Assembly (NCBI RefSeq): GCF_032444005.1 | Contig: NC_091289.1 | Coordinates: 5,394,001 to 5,458,000 of the forward strand | Length of the DNA stretch: 64,000 bases | DNA from: Ranitomeya imitator | Lineage: Eukaryota | Direction: 5' to 3' | In this document: piece by piece, positions 1 to 10,884 of the stretch | Position numbering within the stretch: position 1 is the stretch's first letter | Layout: each line of letters starts with the position of its first letter | Notes under the pieces: model-generated | What the model was told of the DNA's origin: nothing | The model's database searches: none | What the model saw: the letters and a program-made list of their open reading frames with translations, nothing else | Translations under genes and position numbers: made by a program

Positions 1-176
1 CATGGTGATCCTGTGCCCCAATGTAAGGGAATCCATGGTGATCCTGTGCCCCAATGTAATGGAAACCATGGTGATCCTGTGCCCCAATGTAAGAGAATCC
101 ATAGTGATCCTGTGCCCCAATGTAAGGGAAACCATGGTGATCCTGTGCCCCAATGTAAGGGAATCCATGATACTCC
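1..176. repeat. 33-bp minisatellite (CATGGTGATCCTGTGCCCCAATGTAAGGGAATC-type), left part
   Basis: Direct tandem copies visible; runs off the window edge. Confidence 0.95.
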
Positions 177-655
177 ATGATACATGATTACGATTAATCC
201 CCACAGTTTTAAGCGTACCCTAAAAACTCATTTGTTCAGACTGGCCTACCGCCTCAATGCATTAACCTAACGATCCCTGTGTGGCCTATTTATAATAAAA
301 ACAAAAAAAAAAAAAAGGTTCCTCGCATCATGTTCTCATACACTTTATGCAGTTAATAGCCCTCTGTGTCTGTACTGCTACATACTTAGGCAGATAACTG
401 GTTCATGAACACCCGAGCCTTACACTATGGCCGGTCCGAAAAACTAAAGCAATTGTTACCATCCACCTCTCGTGTCTCCCCTTTTCCCCATAGTTTGTAG
501 CTTGCGAGCAGCAGGGCCCTCACTCCTCCTGGTATCTGTTTTGAACTGTATTTCTGTTATGCTGTAATGTCTATTGTCTGTACAAGTCCCCTCTATAATT
601 TGTAAAGCGCTGCGGAATATGTTGGCGCTATATAAATAAAATTATTATTATTATT
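177..655 (+). mobile_element. 5'-truncated L2-type LINE 3' end inserted in the 33-bp array
   Basis: Encodes ..HSFKRTLKTHLFRLAY.. (the FKxxLKTHLF motif typical of L2/CR1-clade ORF2 C-termini); ends TGTAAAGCGCTGCGGAATATGTTGGCGCTATATAAATAAA(ATT)n; ATACTCC duplicated at 170-176 and 656-662 (TSD). Confidence 0.8.
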
Positions 656-1395
656 ATACTCCTGTGCCTCAGTGTAAGGGAATCCATGGTGATCCTGTGC
701 ATCAGTGTAAGGGAATCCATGGTGATCCTGTGCATCAGTGTAAGGGAATCCATGGTGATCCTGTGCCTCAGTGTAAGGGAATCCATGGTGATCCTGTGCC
801 TCAGTGTAAGGGAATCCATAGTGATCCTGTGCCTCAGTGTAAGGGAATCCATGATAATCCTGTGCCTCAGTGTAAGGGAATCCATAGTGATCATGTGCCT
901 CAGTGTAAGGGAATCCATGATGATCCTGTGCCTCAGTGTAAGGGAATCCATGGTGATCCTGTGCCTCAGTGTAAGGGAATCCATGGTGATCCTGTGCCTC
1001 AGTGTAAGGGAATCCATGGTGATCCTGTGCCTCAGTGTAAGGGAATCCATGGTGATCCTGTGCCTCAGTGTAAGGGAATCCATGGTGATCCTGTGCCTCA
1101 GTGTAAGGGAATCCATGGGGATCCTGTGCCTCAGTGTAAGGGAATCCATGGGGATCCTGTGCCTCAGTGTAAGGGAATCCATAGTGATCCTGTGCCTCAG
1201 TGTAAGGGAATCCATGATAATCCTGTGCCTCAGTGTAAGGGAATCCATAGTGATCATGTGCCTCAGTGTAAGGGAATCCATGGTGATCCTGTGCCTCAGT
1301 GTAAGGGAATCCATGGTGATCCTGTGCCTCAGTGTAAGGGAATCCATGGTGATCCTGTGCCTCAGTGTAAGGGAATCCATGGTGATCCTGTGCCT
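656..1395. repeat. 33-bp minisatellite (CATGGTGATCCTGTGCCTCAGTGTAAGGGAATC), about 22 copies
   Basis: Direct tandem copies; source of the spurious PQCKGIHGDPV ORFs. Confidence 0.95.
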
Positions 1396-1396
1396 T

Positions 1397-1790
1397 AGGC
1401 CCCTTTCACACGTATCGGAGACACAGACCCACATAGACATATTCAGATGAATGGGTCTGTGCACATGTCAGTGTAGTATTTCCACAGACCGTGTGTCCAT
1501 GGGCAAAACCCGCTGACATGTCTGTTTTTTGCCATCATCACGGACGGCAAAACGACCCGCACATGTGCACACGGAGAACACACATTGATGTCCTCCGTGT
1601 GACATGGACAGCCGCCGGGGAAGAAGCTCTACTGTAAGCGCTGTTCCCCGGGGGCTGGTGCTGCTCTGCCGGTGAGCAGAGGAGAATGATGAGTGTTATA
1701 TTAAATTCCGAACGACAGCAGGCGGGGGCTATTGGGACTGTTACCCCCATCATCCGACACCTGCTGTCCCTAAGAACAGTGACAGTAGGT
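1397..1790. mobile_element. Possible degraded Harbinger-type non-autonomous element fragment
   Basis: Starts TTAGGCCCCTTTCACACG, resembling the other TWA-GGC..TCACAC termini in this window; no matching right TIR found. Confidence 0.35.
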
Positions 1791-1859
1791 GCGGATGATC
1801 AGGGTATTCCACAGCCCCCACCGGCTGTCGTTTGGACTATAACGCTCATCATTCTCCTC

Positions 1860-1935
1860 TGCTCACCGTCCCCTCTATAATGTAAAGCGCTGCGAAATAT
1901 GTTGGCGCTATATCAAATTATTATTATTATTATTA
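1860..1935 (+). mobile_element. L2-type 3' tail fragment
   Basis: CCCTCTATAATGTAAAGCGCTGCGAAATATGTTGGCGCTATAT..(ATT)n, nearly the same as the tail at about 588-655. Confidence 0.75.
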
Positions 1936-2241
1936 TAAAGACCAAACCACGTTCTGGTTGTGCTAACCCGAAGGAAATCCAGAACCTGCCGCCTCCTGCT
2001 GGGATCATTTCTTGTTTTCATATTTATTTATTTATTCTTCTTGTGATACAAATGTCAGGTAATAAACTGTTACAAATGACACAAATGTTACTGATGTTAC
2101 TGACATTTCTATTGTTCTTATGTTTCATCCTTTGCTCATTTATTGCACCTTTCAGTCACTTATTGTATTTATCTGATTGTTTGATACATTTCTATAATTA
2201 TCCACCATTGATGCATTTCATTTCTCACCCCCCAGATCACG

Positions 2242-2419
2242 ATGTCGGAGCAGGCCGCAGTCGTTCATGACCTGGAGGATGATGATGAGTTGGACGGGAA
2301 ACTAAATTACAAACCTCCTCCCCAAAAGTCTCTTCAAGAAATCCAGGAGCTGGATAAGGACGATGAAAGCTTAGAAAAGTACAAGAAGTCACTACTGGGA
2401 GCCGGGCCGGTCGTCACAG
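2242..2419 (+). CDS. ARHGDIB: Rho GDP-dissociation inhibitor 2 (RhoGDI-beta/Ly-GDI), coding exon 1 of 5; joined CDS 2242-2419,3082-3165,3275-3351,6061-6124,6295-6494 = 603 nt, 200 aa
   Basis: Acceptor AG at 2234-2235, ATG at 2242; reads MSEQAAVVHDLEDDDELDGKLNYKPPPQKSLQEIQELDKDDESLEKYKKSLLGAGPVVT, which matches the RhoGDI2 N-terminus; donor GTATGG at 2420 (phase 1). Confidence 0.95.
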
Positions 2420-3081
2420 GTATGGCGGCTACACCAGTGGCTGAACCACTCATGTTCGCCTTCAGTGTCCGCAGTGGTCGTCACCCAGCTCTCCGGACAC
2501 CCTGACCGGCACATGCATCTATCCTTTAATGGAGAGTCAACCTGTGTGTCAGTCTTCACTGTAGTTCTGGCATTGTAATCATGAACCAGGGAGCTCAGTA
2601 TGAGCAGAGCCATAGTCCTAGATTCCACCAGTTTGTCACACTCTGTATTTAGGCCTCACATCATACAGGCAGCGAGGGCGCGATGTTCTGCAGCTCAAGA
2701 GGAAGTGGTTTTATAGAGACCAGAATGTAATGAGCTGCGGCAACAATCAGGAAATGTCTTACAACAAAAAAAAAGCAGATGGAAAGTTTCACAAGAGTTT
2801 CTGTAATCAAGAGGTGCTGCAGAGCTAAACTCCTCACTGCACAGTTCACTGTCTGCAGACTGGAGGGAGCAGAAGGCCCTGATAGTAATACCCCCCGAAG
2901 CCCCCAATTACATGAGACTCTGACCCCACCAGTCATCTATACCATCCCACCTATGGCTGCTGACAACCTGCCTGTCCATCATGTGTCAGAGGTTGTCAGC
3001 TGCGCCCCGGGTCACTGGCATCGCTGGAGATAACGCCCTTCCCCCACTCATTCTTGTGTCCTGTAATTTACTATTTTTCAG

Positions 3082-3165
3082 ACCCAAATGCTCCAAATGT
3101 GACAGTAACTCGCCTCACATTAGTCTGCGACGCAGCGCCCGGACCCATCACCATGGACCTCACTG
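3082..3165 (+). CDS. ARHGDIB: ARHGDIB coding exon 2
   Basis: ttttcag acceptor, (D)[27 protein letters not shown], donor GTAACT; 84 nt, phase 1 to phase 1. Confidence 0.95.
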
Positions 3166-3274
3166 GTAACTAATGACGACGATTATTATGGTTTTATATC
3201 AATTATTCAATAAAAGTGACATTGTATTTACTACAGCTTTTCACGAACGTATCACTGCTTTTCTGATGTCACAG

Positions 3275-3351
3275 GAGACATAACAACCCTGAAAAAAGAA
3301 GCGTTCGTTCTGAAAGAAGGAGTGGAGTACAAAGTGAAAATCTGCTTCAAA
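3275..3351 (+). CDS. ARHGDIB: ARHGDIB coding exon 3
   Basis: gtcacag acceptor, (G)[25 protein letters not shown], donor GTGAGA; 77 nt. Confidence 0.95.
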
Positions 3352-3362
3352 GTGAGAAATTC

Positions 3363-3485
3363 TAATAATAATAATGACAATCCTTTATTTATATAGCGCC
3401 AACATATTCCACAGCGCTTTACAGTTTGCACACATTATCATCTCTGTCCCCGATGGGGCTAAATTCCCTATCTGTATGTCTTTGA
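3363..3485 (-). mobile_element. L2-tailed LINE/SINE fragment, antisense, ARHGDIB intron
   Basis: Reverse complement of the same tail: (TAA)n..TTTATATAGCGCCAACATATTCCACAGCGCTTTACA. Confidence 0.7.
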
Positions 3486-3514
3486 TTATACACAATTATA
3501 CCAGTTATTCCATT

Positions 3515-5908
3515 ATATATCCTGTATTATACCCCAGAGCTGCACTCACTATTCTGCTGGTGCAGTCACTGTGTACATACATTACATTACTGATCCTGAG
3601 TTACATCCTGTATTATACTCCAGAGCTGCATTCACTATTCTGCTGGTGCAGTCATTGTGTACATACATTACATTACTGATCCTGAGTTACATCCTGTATT
3701 ATACTCCAGAGCTGCACTCACTATTCTGCTGGTGCAGTCACTGTGTACATACATTACATTACTGATCCTGAGTTACATCCTGTATTATACTCCAGAGCTG
3801 CACTCACTATTCTGCTGGTGCAGTCACTGTGTACATACATTACATTACTGATCCTGAGTTACATCCTGTATTATACCCCAGAGCTGTACTCACTATTCTG
3901 CTGGTGCAGTCACTGTGTACATACATTACATTACTGATCCTGAGTTACATCCTGTATTATACTCCAGAGCTGCACTCACTATTCTGCTGGTGCATTCATT
4001 GTGTACATACATTACATTACTGATCCTGAGTTACATCCTGTATTATACTCCAGAGCTGCACTCACTATTCTGCTGGTGCAGTCATTGTGTACATACATTA
4101 CATTACTGATCCTGAGTTACATCCTGTATTATACTCCAGAGCTGCACTCACTATTCTGCTGGTGCAGTCACTGTGTACATACATTACATTACTGATCCTG
4201 AGTTACATCCTGTATTATACCCCAGAGATGTACTCACTATTCTGCTGGTGCAGTCACTGTGTACATACATTACATTACTGATCCTGAGTTACATCCTGTA
4301 TTATACTCCAGAGCTGCACTCACTATTCTGCTGGTGCAGTCACTGTGTACATACATTACATTACTGATCCTGAGTTACATCCTGTATTATACCCCAGAGC
4401 TGTACTCACTATTCTGCTGGTGCAGTCACTGTGTACATACATTACATTACTGATCCTGAGTTACATCCTGTATTATACCCCAGAGCTGCACTCACTATTC
4501 TGCTGGTGCAGTCACTGTGTACATACATTACATTACTGATCCTGAGTTACATCCTGTATTATACCCCAGAGCTGTACTCACTATTCTGCTGGTGCAGTCA
4601 CTGTGTACATACATTACATTACTGATCCTGAGTTACATCCTGTATTATACCCCAGAGCTGTACTCACTATTCTGCTGGTGCAGTCACTGTGTACATACAT
4701 TACATTACTGATCCTGAGTTACATCCTGTATTATACTCCAGAGCTGCACTCACTATTCTGCTGGTGCAGTCACTGTGTACATACATTACATTACTGATCC
4801 TGAGTTACATCCTGTATTATACCCCAGAGCTGTACTCACTATTCTGCTGGTGCAGTCACTGTGTACATACATTACATTACTGATCCTGAGTTACATCCTG
4901 TATTATACTCCAGAGCTGCACTCACTATTCTGCTGGTGCAGTCACTGTGTACATACATTACATTACTGATCCTGAGTTACATCCTGTATTATACCCCAGA
5001 GCTGTACTCACTATTCTGCTGGTGCAGTCACTGTGTACATACATTACATTACTGATCCTGAGTTACATCCTGTATTATACTCCAGAGCTGCACTCACTAT
5101 TCTGCTGGTGCAGTCACTGTGTACATACATTACATTACTGATCCTGAGTTACATCCTGTATTATACTCCAGAGCTGCACTCACTATTCTGCTGGTGCAGT
5201 CACTGTGTACATACATTACATTACTGATCCTGAGTTACATCCTGTATTATACTCCAGAGCTGCACTCACTATTCTGCTGGTGCAGTCACTGTGTACATAC
5301 ATTACATTACTGATCCTGAGTTACATCCTGTATTATACCCCAGAGCTGCACTGACTATTCTGCTGGTGCAGTCACTGTGTACATACATTACATTACTGAT
5401 CCTGAGTTACATCCTGTATTATACTCCAGAGCTGCACTCACTATTCTGCTGGTGCAGTCACTGTGTACATACATTACATTACTGATCCTGAGTTACCTCC
5501 TGTCTTATACCCCAGAGCTGCACTCACTATTCTGCTGGTGCAGTCACTGTGTACATACATTACATTACTGATCCTGAGTTACATCCTGTATTATACTCCA
5601 GAGCTGCACTCACTATTCTGCTGGTGCAGTCACTGTGTACATACATTACATTACTGATCCTGAGTTACATCCTGTATTATACTCCAGAGCTGCACTCACT
5701 ATTCTGCTGGTGCAGTCACTGTATACATACTTTATATTACTGATTATACTCCAGAGCTGCACTCACTATTCTGCTGGCGCAGTCACTGTATACATACTTT
5801 ATATTACTGATTATACTCCAGAGCTGCACTCACTATTCTGCTGGCGCAGTCACTGTATACATACTTTATATTACTGATTATACTCCAGAGCTGCATTCAC
5901 TATTCTGC
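3515..5908. repeat. 86-bp minisatellite array 1 (GTGTACATACATTACATTACTGATCCTGAGTTACATCCTGTATTATACTCCAGAGCTGCACTCACTATTCTGCTGGTGCAGTCACT), about 27 copies
   Basis: ORF starts in the track recur every 86 nt; fills most of the ARHGDIB intron between 3351 and 6061. Confidence 0.97.
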
Positions 5909-6060
5909 GCATCCTCCGAGCAGCTCTGCTCCTGTTTCAGGAGTGCGGCTTTTGTAGGTGCAAAGTCTTCTCTTGTTAAAATGAAATGGGAGAGTTCAGC
6001 TCTGAAGCTGCAGAATTGGCAGTGAACGTTCCATTTGCGGATTTTTCCTTTGTGTTGCAG

Positions 6061-6124
6061 GTGAATAAGGACATTGTGTCCGGGCTGAAGTACGTGCAGC
6101 ACACATACCGCGCGGGCGTGAAAG
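6061..6124 (+). CDS. ARHGDIB: ARHGDIB coding exon 4
   Basis: gttgcag acceptor, VNKDIVSGLKYVQHTYRAGVK, donor GTAAAT; 64 nt. Confidence 0.95.
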
Positions 6125-6294
6125 GTAAATGGCAGAACGCAGGGTCACACTGTGCACACAGAGCAGCGCTCCCTTCACCGCTGACCCTCTCGCACCTCTG
6201 GATGGGGAACACCAGGGTCTCAGTCTTCTCCCCCACACCTGCTGTGTCGTTGCTGCGGATTTGTTACAATGTGTCTCTCATTTCTTCCGTCCAG

Positions 6295-6494
6295 TCGCTA
6301 AAGCCACGTTTATGGTGGGAAGTTACGGCCCTCGACCCGAGGAATACGAGTTCCTGACTCCTGTGGAAGAAGCTCCGAAAGGAATATTGGCTCGAGGAAA
6401 CTATCACAACAAGTCGTTCTTCACCGACGACGACAATCACAATCATCTAACCTGGGAGTGGAACCTGTCCATCCGCAAGGAGTGGACCGAATAA
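6295..6494 (+). CDS. ARHGDIB: ARHGDIB coding exon 5 (last)
   Basis: cgtccag acceptor, (V)[68 protein letters not shown]. The [18 protein letters not shown] and EWTE ending are RhoGDI2-type. Confidence 0.95.
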
Positions 6495-6851
6495 TGGAGC
6501 CAGGACGGAATGGAATGCTACAATGTTTCTCCATGGAAACCATCAGCATGAATGCTACTAATGCCCCATCACACAGGGTAGCCATTGCCTGCATCCACCA
6601 CTAGGGGGAGACCTGTGTGCAGCTCATATCAGGAGATAGAAAACTGTACCCAGATCGCCCCCTAGTGGCAGATGAGAGAAGTTACATTGTATCTCCTGAT
6701 AAATCCCTCACTATAAACATGATATATTCGCCTTCTGCTGTAGTACGACATGCAGGGCTGGAGTATATGGCGGTTTCCGTGGTGACATAATATATACTAT
6801 GAAGGCGACTCTGTATACGGGCTGAGAGCATAAGATGTATTTTGCTTTGTT

Positions 6852-6857
6852 AATAAA
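6852..6857 (+). terminator. Probable ARHGDIB polyadenylation signal (AATAAA)
   Basis: AATAAA about 360 nt after the stop codon, with a second AATAAA immediately downstream. Confidence 0.55.
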
Positions 6858-7278
6858 AAAATAATAAAAATCAGCGGCGCCTGGACCCTTATTAATGTCT
6901 GTCAGCCCAGATCAATTAAAACTACCACATGGCCGGACTGTGAGGAAATACAGCCCGACAACTGCAGAATGAGAAGTTCTGTAACTTTCTTATACACTTT
7001 GTTAAACTCTTCTTAAAGAGAAGGTACATGTTTTATTCGTCTTTCCTTATCCTTCAAGTATTGGAAAGTTATACATTTTTCATTTCATTGCCTGCTATAT
7101 TTTGCTCCCTTCTCTTCCAAACGTAAAACAATGGTGCTGATTCAATGTCGACCAAAAGTTTCTTTAGAAGCTGCTTTCATCTGCTGCTCAGCACAATCTG
7201 TTCACTGAGCAGAGAGGCTCAGACAGGGGAAGTCCTGTACTCTAATTGTATGAATATAGTATATTCATATAAATAGTA

Positions 7279-9036
7279 TAATACAGTGACGAGGAAAAAG
7301 CTAACATATTAAACACCTTCTTCTCCACGGTATTCACGGTGGAAAATGAAATGCTAGGTGAAATCCCAAGAAACAATGAAAACCCTATATTAAGGGTCAC
7401 CAATCTAACCCAAGAAGAGGTGCGAAACCGGCTAAATAAGATTAAAATAGATAAATCTCCGGGTCCGGATGGCATACACCCACGAGTACTAAGAGAACTA
7501 AGTAATGTAATAGATAAACCATTATTTCTTATTTTTAGGGACTCTATAGCGACAGGGTCTGTTCCGCAGGATTGGCGCATAGCAAATGTGGTGCCAATAT
7601 TCAAAAAGGGCTCTAAAAGTGAACCTGGAAATTATAGGCCAGTAAGTCTAACCTCTATTGTTGGTAAAATATTTGAAGGGTTTCTGAGGGATGTTATTCT
7701 GGATTATCTCAATGAGAATAACTGTTTAACTCCATATCAGCATGGGTTTATGAGAAATCGCTCCTGTCAAACCAATCTAATCAGTTTTTATGAAGAGGTA
7801 AGCTATAGACTGGACCACGGTGAGTCATTGGACGTGGTATATCTCGATTTTTCCAAAGCGTTTGATACCGTGCCGCACAAGAGGTTGGTACACAAAATGA
7901 GAATGCTTGGTCTGGGGGAAAATGTGTGTAAATGGGTTAGTAACTGGCTTAGTGATAGAAAGCAGAGGGTGGTTATAAATGGTATAGTCTCTAACTGGGT
8001 CGCTGTGACCAGTGGGGTACCGCAGGGGTCAGTATTGGGACCTGTTCTCTTCAACATATTCATTAATGATCTGGTAGAAGGTTTACACAGTAAAATATCG
8101 ATATTTGCAGATGATACAAAACTATGTAAAGCAGTTAATACAAGAGAAGATAGTATTCTGCTACAGATGGATCTGGATAAGTTGGAAACTTGGGCTGAAA
8201 GGTGGCAGATGAGGTTTAACAATGATAAATGTAAGGTTATACACATGGGAAGAGGGAATCAATATCACCATTACACACTGAACGGGAAACCACTGGGTAA
8301 ATCTGACAGGGAGAAGGACTTGGGGATCCTAGTTAATGATAAACTTACCTGGAGCAGCCAGTGCCAGGCAGCAGCTGCCAAGGCAAACAGGATCATGGGG
8401 TGCATTAAAAGAGGTCTGGATACACATGATGAGAGCATTATACTGCCTCTGTACAAATCCCTAGTTAGACCGCACATGGAGTACTGTGTCCAGTTTTGGG
8501 CACCGGTGCTCAGGAAGGATATAATGGAACTAGAGAGAGTACAAAGGAGGGCAACAAAATTAATAAAGGGGATGGGAGAACTACAATACCCAGATAGATT
8601 AGCGAAATTAGGATTATTTAGTCTAGAAAAAAGACGACTGAGGGGCGATCTAATAACCATGTATAAGTATATAAGGGGACAATACAAATATCTCGCTGAG
8701 GATCTGTTTATACCAAGGAAGGTGACAGGCACAAGGGGGCATTCTTTGCGTCTGGAGGAGAGAAGGTTTTTCCACCAACATAGAAGAGGATTCTTTACTG
8801 TTAGGGCAGTGAGAATCTGGAATTGCTTGCCTGAGGAGGTGGTGATGGCGAACTCAGTCGAGGGGTTCAAGAGAGGCCTGGATGTCTTCCTGGAGCAGAA
8901 CAATATTGTATCATACAATTATTAGGTTCTGTAGAAGGACGTAGATCTGGGGATTTATTATGATGGAATATAGGCTGAACTGGATGGACAAATGTCTTTT
9001 TTCGGCCTTACTAACTATGTTACTATGTTACTATGT
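7279..9036 (+). mobile_element. CR1 non-LTR retrotransposon, 5'-truncated, with 3' UTR and (CTATGTTA)n tail
   Basis: RT ORF plus the octamer microsatellite tail at 9015-9036, characteristic of CR1. Confidence 0.95.
7282..8925 (+). pseudogene. CR1 ORF2 remnant: complete reverse transcriptase domain, endonuclease domain missing
   Basis: Open frame from YSDEEKANILNTFFSTVF through KSPGPDGIHPRVL, NYRPVSLTS, QHGF, YLDFSKAFDTV, GVPQGSVLGP, FADD, ERVQRRATK; no stops or frameshifts. Confidence 0.92.
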
Positions 9037-9717
9037 AGTACATGGATCCTTCTCTCCCAAATGGCATTCTGGGGGCTGACTCCATGCCCACCACAGGTTC
9101 CTTTAGAAGCTGCTATCAGCTGCTGCTCAGCACGATCTGTTCACTGCATGCAAACATTCTGTATGACACTTTCCTTTGTTCTGTGTGGGAGCAGAGAGGC
9201 TCAGAACTCAGGTGGGGAAGTCCTGTACTCTAATTGTATGAATATAGTGTACAGATGTTAGTGAGCAGCAGCTAAAAGCAGTTTTTAATGGAGCTTGACG
9301 TGGACAGCGACACAGCCCTGCAGCCTAGTGTTTGGGGGAGAATAAAGTCACGTAACATAAACTATAGTACAGAAAGGACAAACTTCGCAATGCCTGGAAA
9401 ATAATAATTGTTCAGTTACACTTCAATCATGGCCAAAATCTCTGCTTGCTGTCAGAGAACAGAAAGCTTCTTGTCTTGAGGCTTTCATCCTGTTCTGACC
9501 TAGTCCTGCCCCGCCGTTCATTACAGTGTATCAGCGAGTCCTGCACTTGTATCACAAAGACATTACTGATTATAGAGAACGGAAATCATGTGAACGACCC
9601 GGAGGGTTTAGATGTCTCCTGAATGACCAGTAATGGGGGGTCAGGGGTAGAAGTTACACGCGGTGCAGGTAATATAAAGGCGCACAGGTAAAGCTTCTAC
9701 ACTGAGATCTAGGAGGT

Positions 9718-10684
9718 TTAACCCCTTAGTGACCGCCAATACGTCTTTTAACTGACCTGAGATATAAGAGAATAGCCTCCCCATACAGATGACAATCCAG
9801 CAGCTGTCGGCTGTCCACTATAGCTGACAACTTGCTGTACCAGCCACGATCAGTGTTTGCACCGTCCAAATCTATTTAACCCCTTAGATGCTGCTGTCAA
9901 TAGTGACTACATCATTATAAATGGTTAACAGAGTGTGGGGGCTTCCTCTTTATCCCAATTGGTGCCCTCAGATCATGATTGTGTGGTCCTGATATTTGCC
10001 ATGGCAATTCATGACCAAATAGCGGCCTTAGAGTCTGACGGCTGTAGTAATCTGTTCAGAAGTTAGAGACATTTAGGTGGTAAAAAGACACATTTTCATT
10101 TTTCTCATGCCACTTTGCATTAATTCCTGAAAATCACCTGAAGGGTTAACAAACGACCTGACAGCAGTTTTCAATATGTTTAGGGGTGCTGTTTTTAAAA
10201 TGGTATCACTTGTGGGGATTTCCCTATATATAGGACCCCCAAATTCACTTCAAACATGGATAGGTCCCTAAAAAATACATTTTGTAAATTTCCTTGAAAA
10301 AAATTTAAATTTTTGCTACATTTTTAATCCTCCTAAAATGCTAACAAACTAAAATAACATTTTGCAAATGGTGCTGATGTAAACCAGACATGTGGGAAAT
10401 GTTGTTTATTAATGTTTTGCTGTGGTATGACCATCTGGATTAAAGGGATAATCATTCAAAGTTTGAAAATTGCAAATTTTTTAACATTTTTTTCAAATTT
10501 CTGATATTTTTTATAAATAAACATAAAGCATATCAACCTAAATTTACCATTATCATAAAGTATAATGTGTCACGAAAAAACAATCTCAAAATCACTGGGA
10601 TTTGTTGAAGCGTTCCAGAGTTATTGCCACATAAAGTGACACTGGTCAGATTTCAAAAATTTGGCTCCGTCACGAAGGGGTTAA
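9718..10684. mobile_element. piggyBac-like non-autonomous DNA element
   Basis: TTAA at both ends (9718-9721, 10681-10684); termini CCCCTTAGTGACC / CGTCACGAAGGGG are inverted repeats (11 of 13); no transposase ORF. Confidence 0.75.
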
Positions 10685-10884
10685 GGTTTTTTTTTTCCAG
10701 ATTAGAAAAACATGTCTGGATCCAGAAACAGCGCTACCCTTACCCATAGGTGGTGTGTGGTACTGCAGCTCAGCCCTATTTAACTGAACGGAGCTGCAGT
10801 ACCAGGCACAACAAGTGGTCAAGGTGTGGCGCTCCTTCTGAAAGAAAGCTGCCATGTTTTTCTAATTCTGGACAACCCCTTTAA
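10681..10884. mobile_element. Palindromic TTAA MITE (T2/Kolobok-like), left end degraded
   Basis: CCAGATTAGAAAAACATG ... CATGTTTTTCTAATTCTGGACAACCCCTTTAA, with internal CTGCAGCTC/GAGCTGCAG symmetry. Confidence 0.65.

Noticed and set aside
3374-5877. Dozens of 64-aa ORFs (MYIHYITDPELHPVLYSRAALTILLVQSLC..), also at 15.5-17.7 kb and 38-40 kb
   Set aside because: Translations of the 86-bp repeat; the unit is not a multiple of 3, the ORFs start at GTG, and the arrays lie in introns or intergenic DNA.
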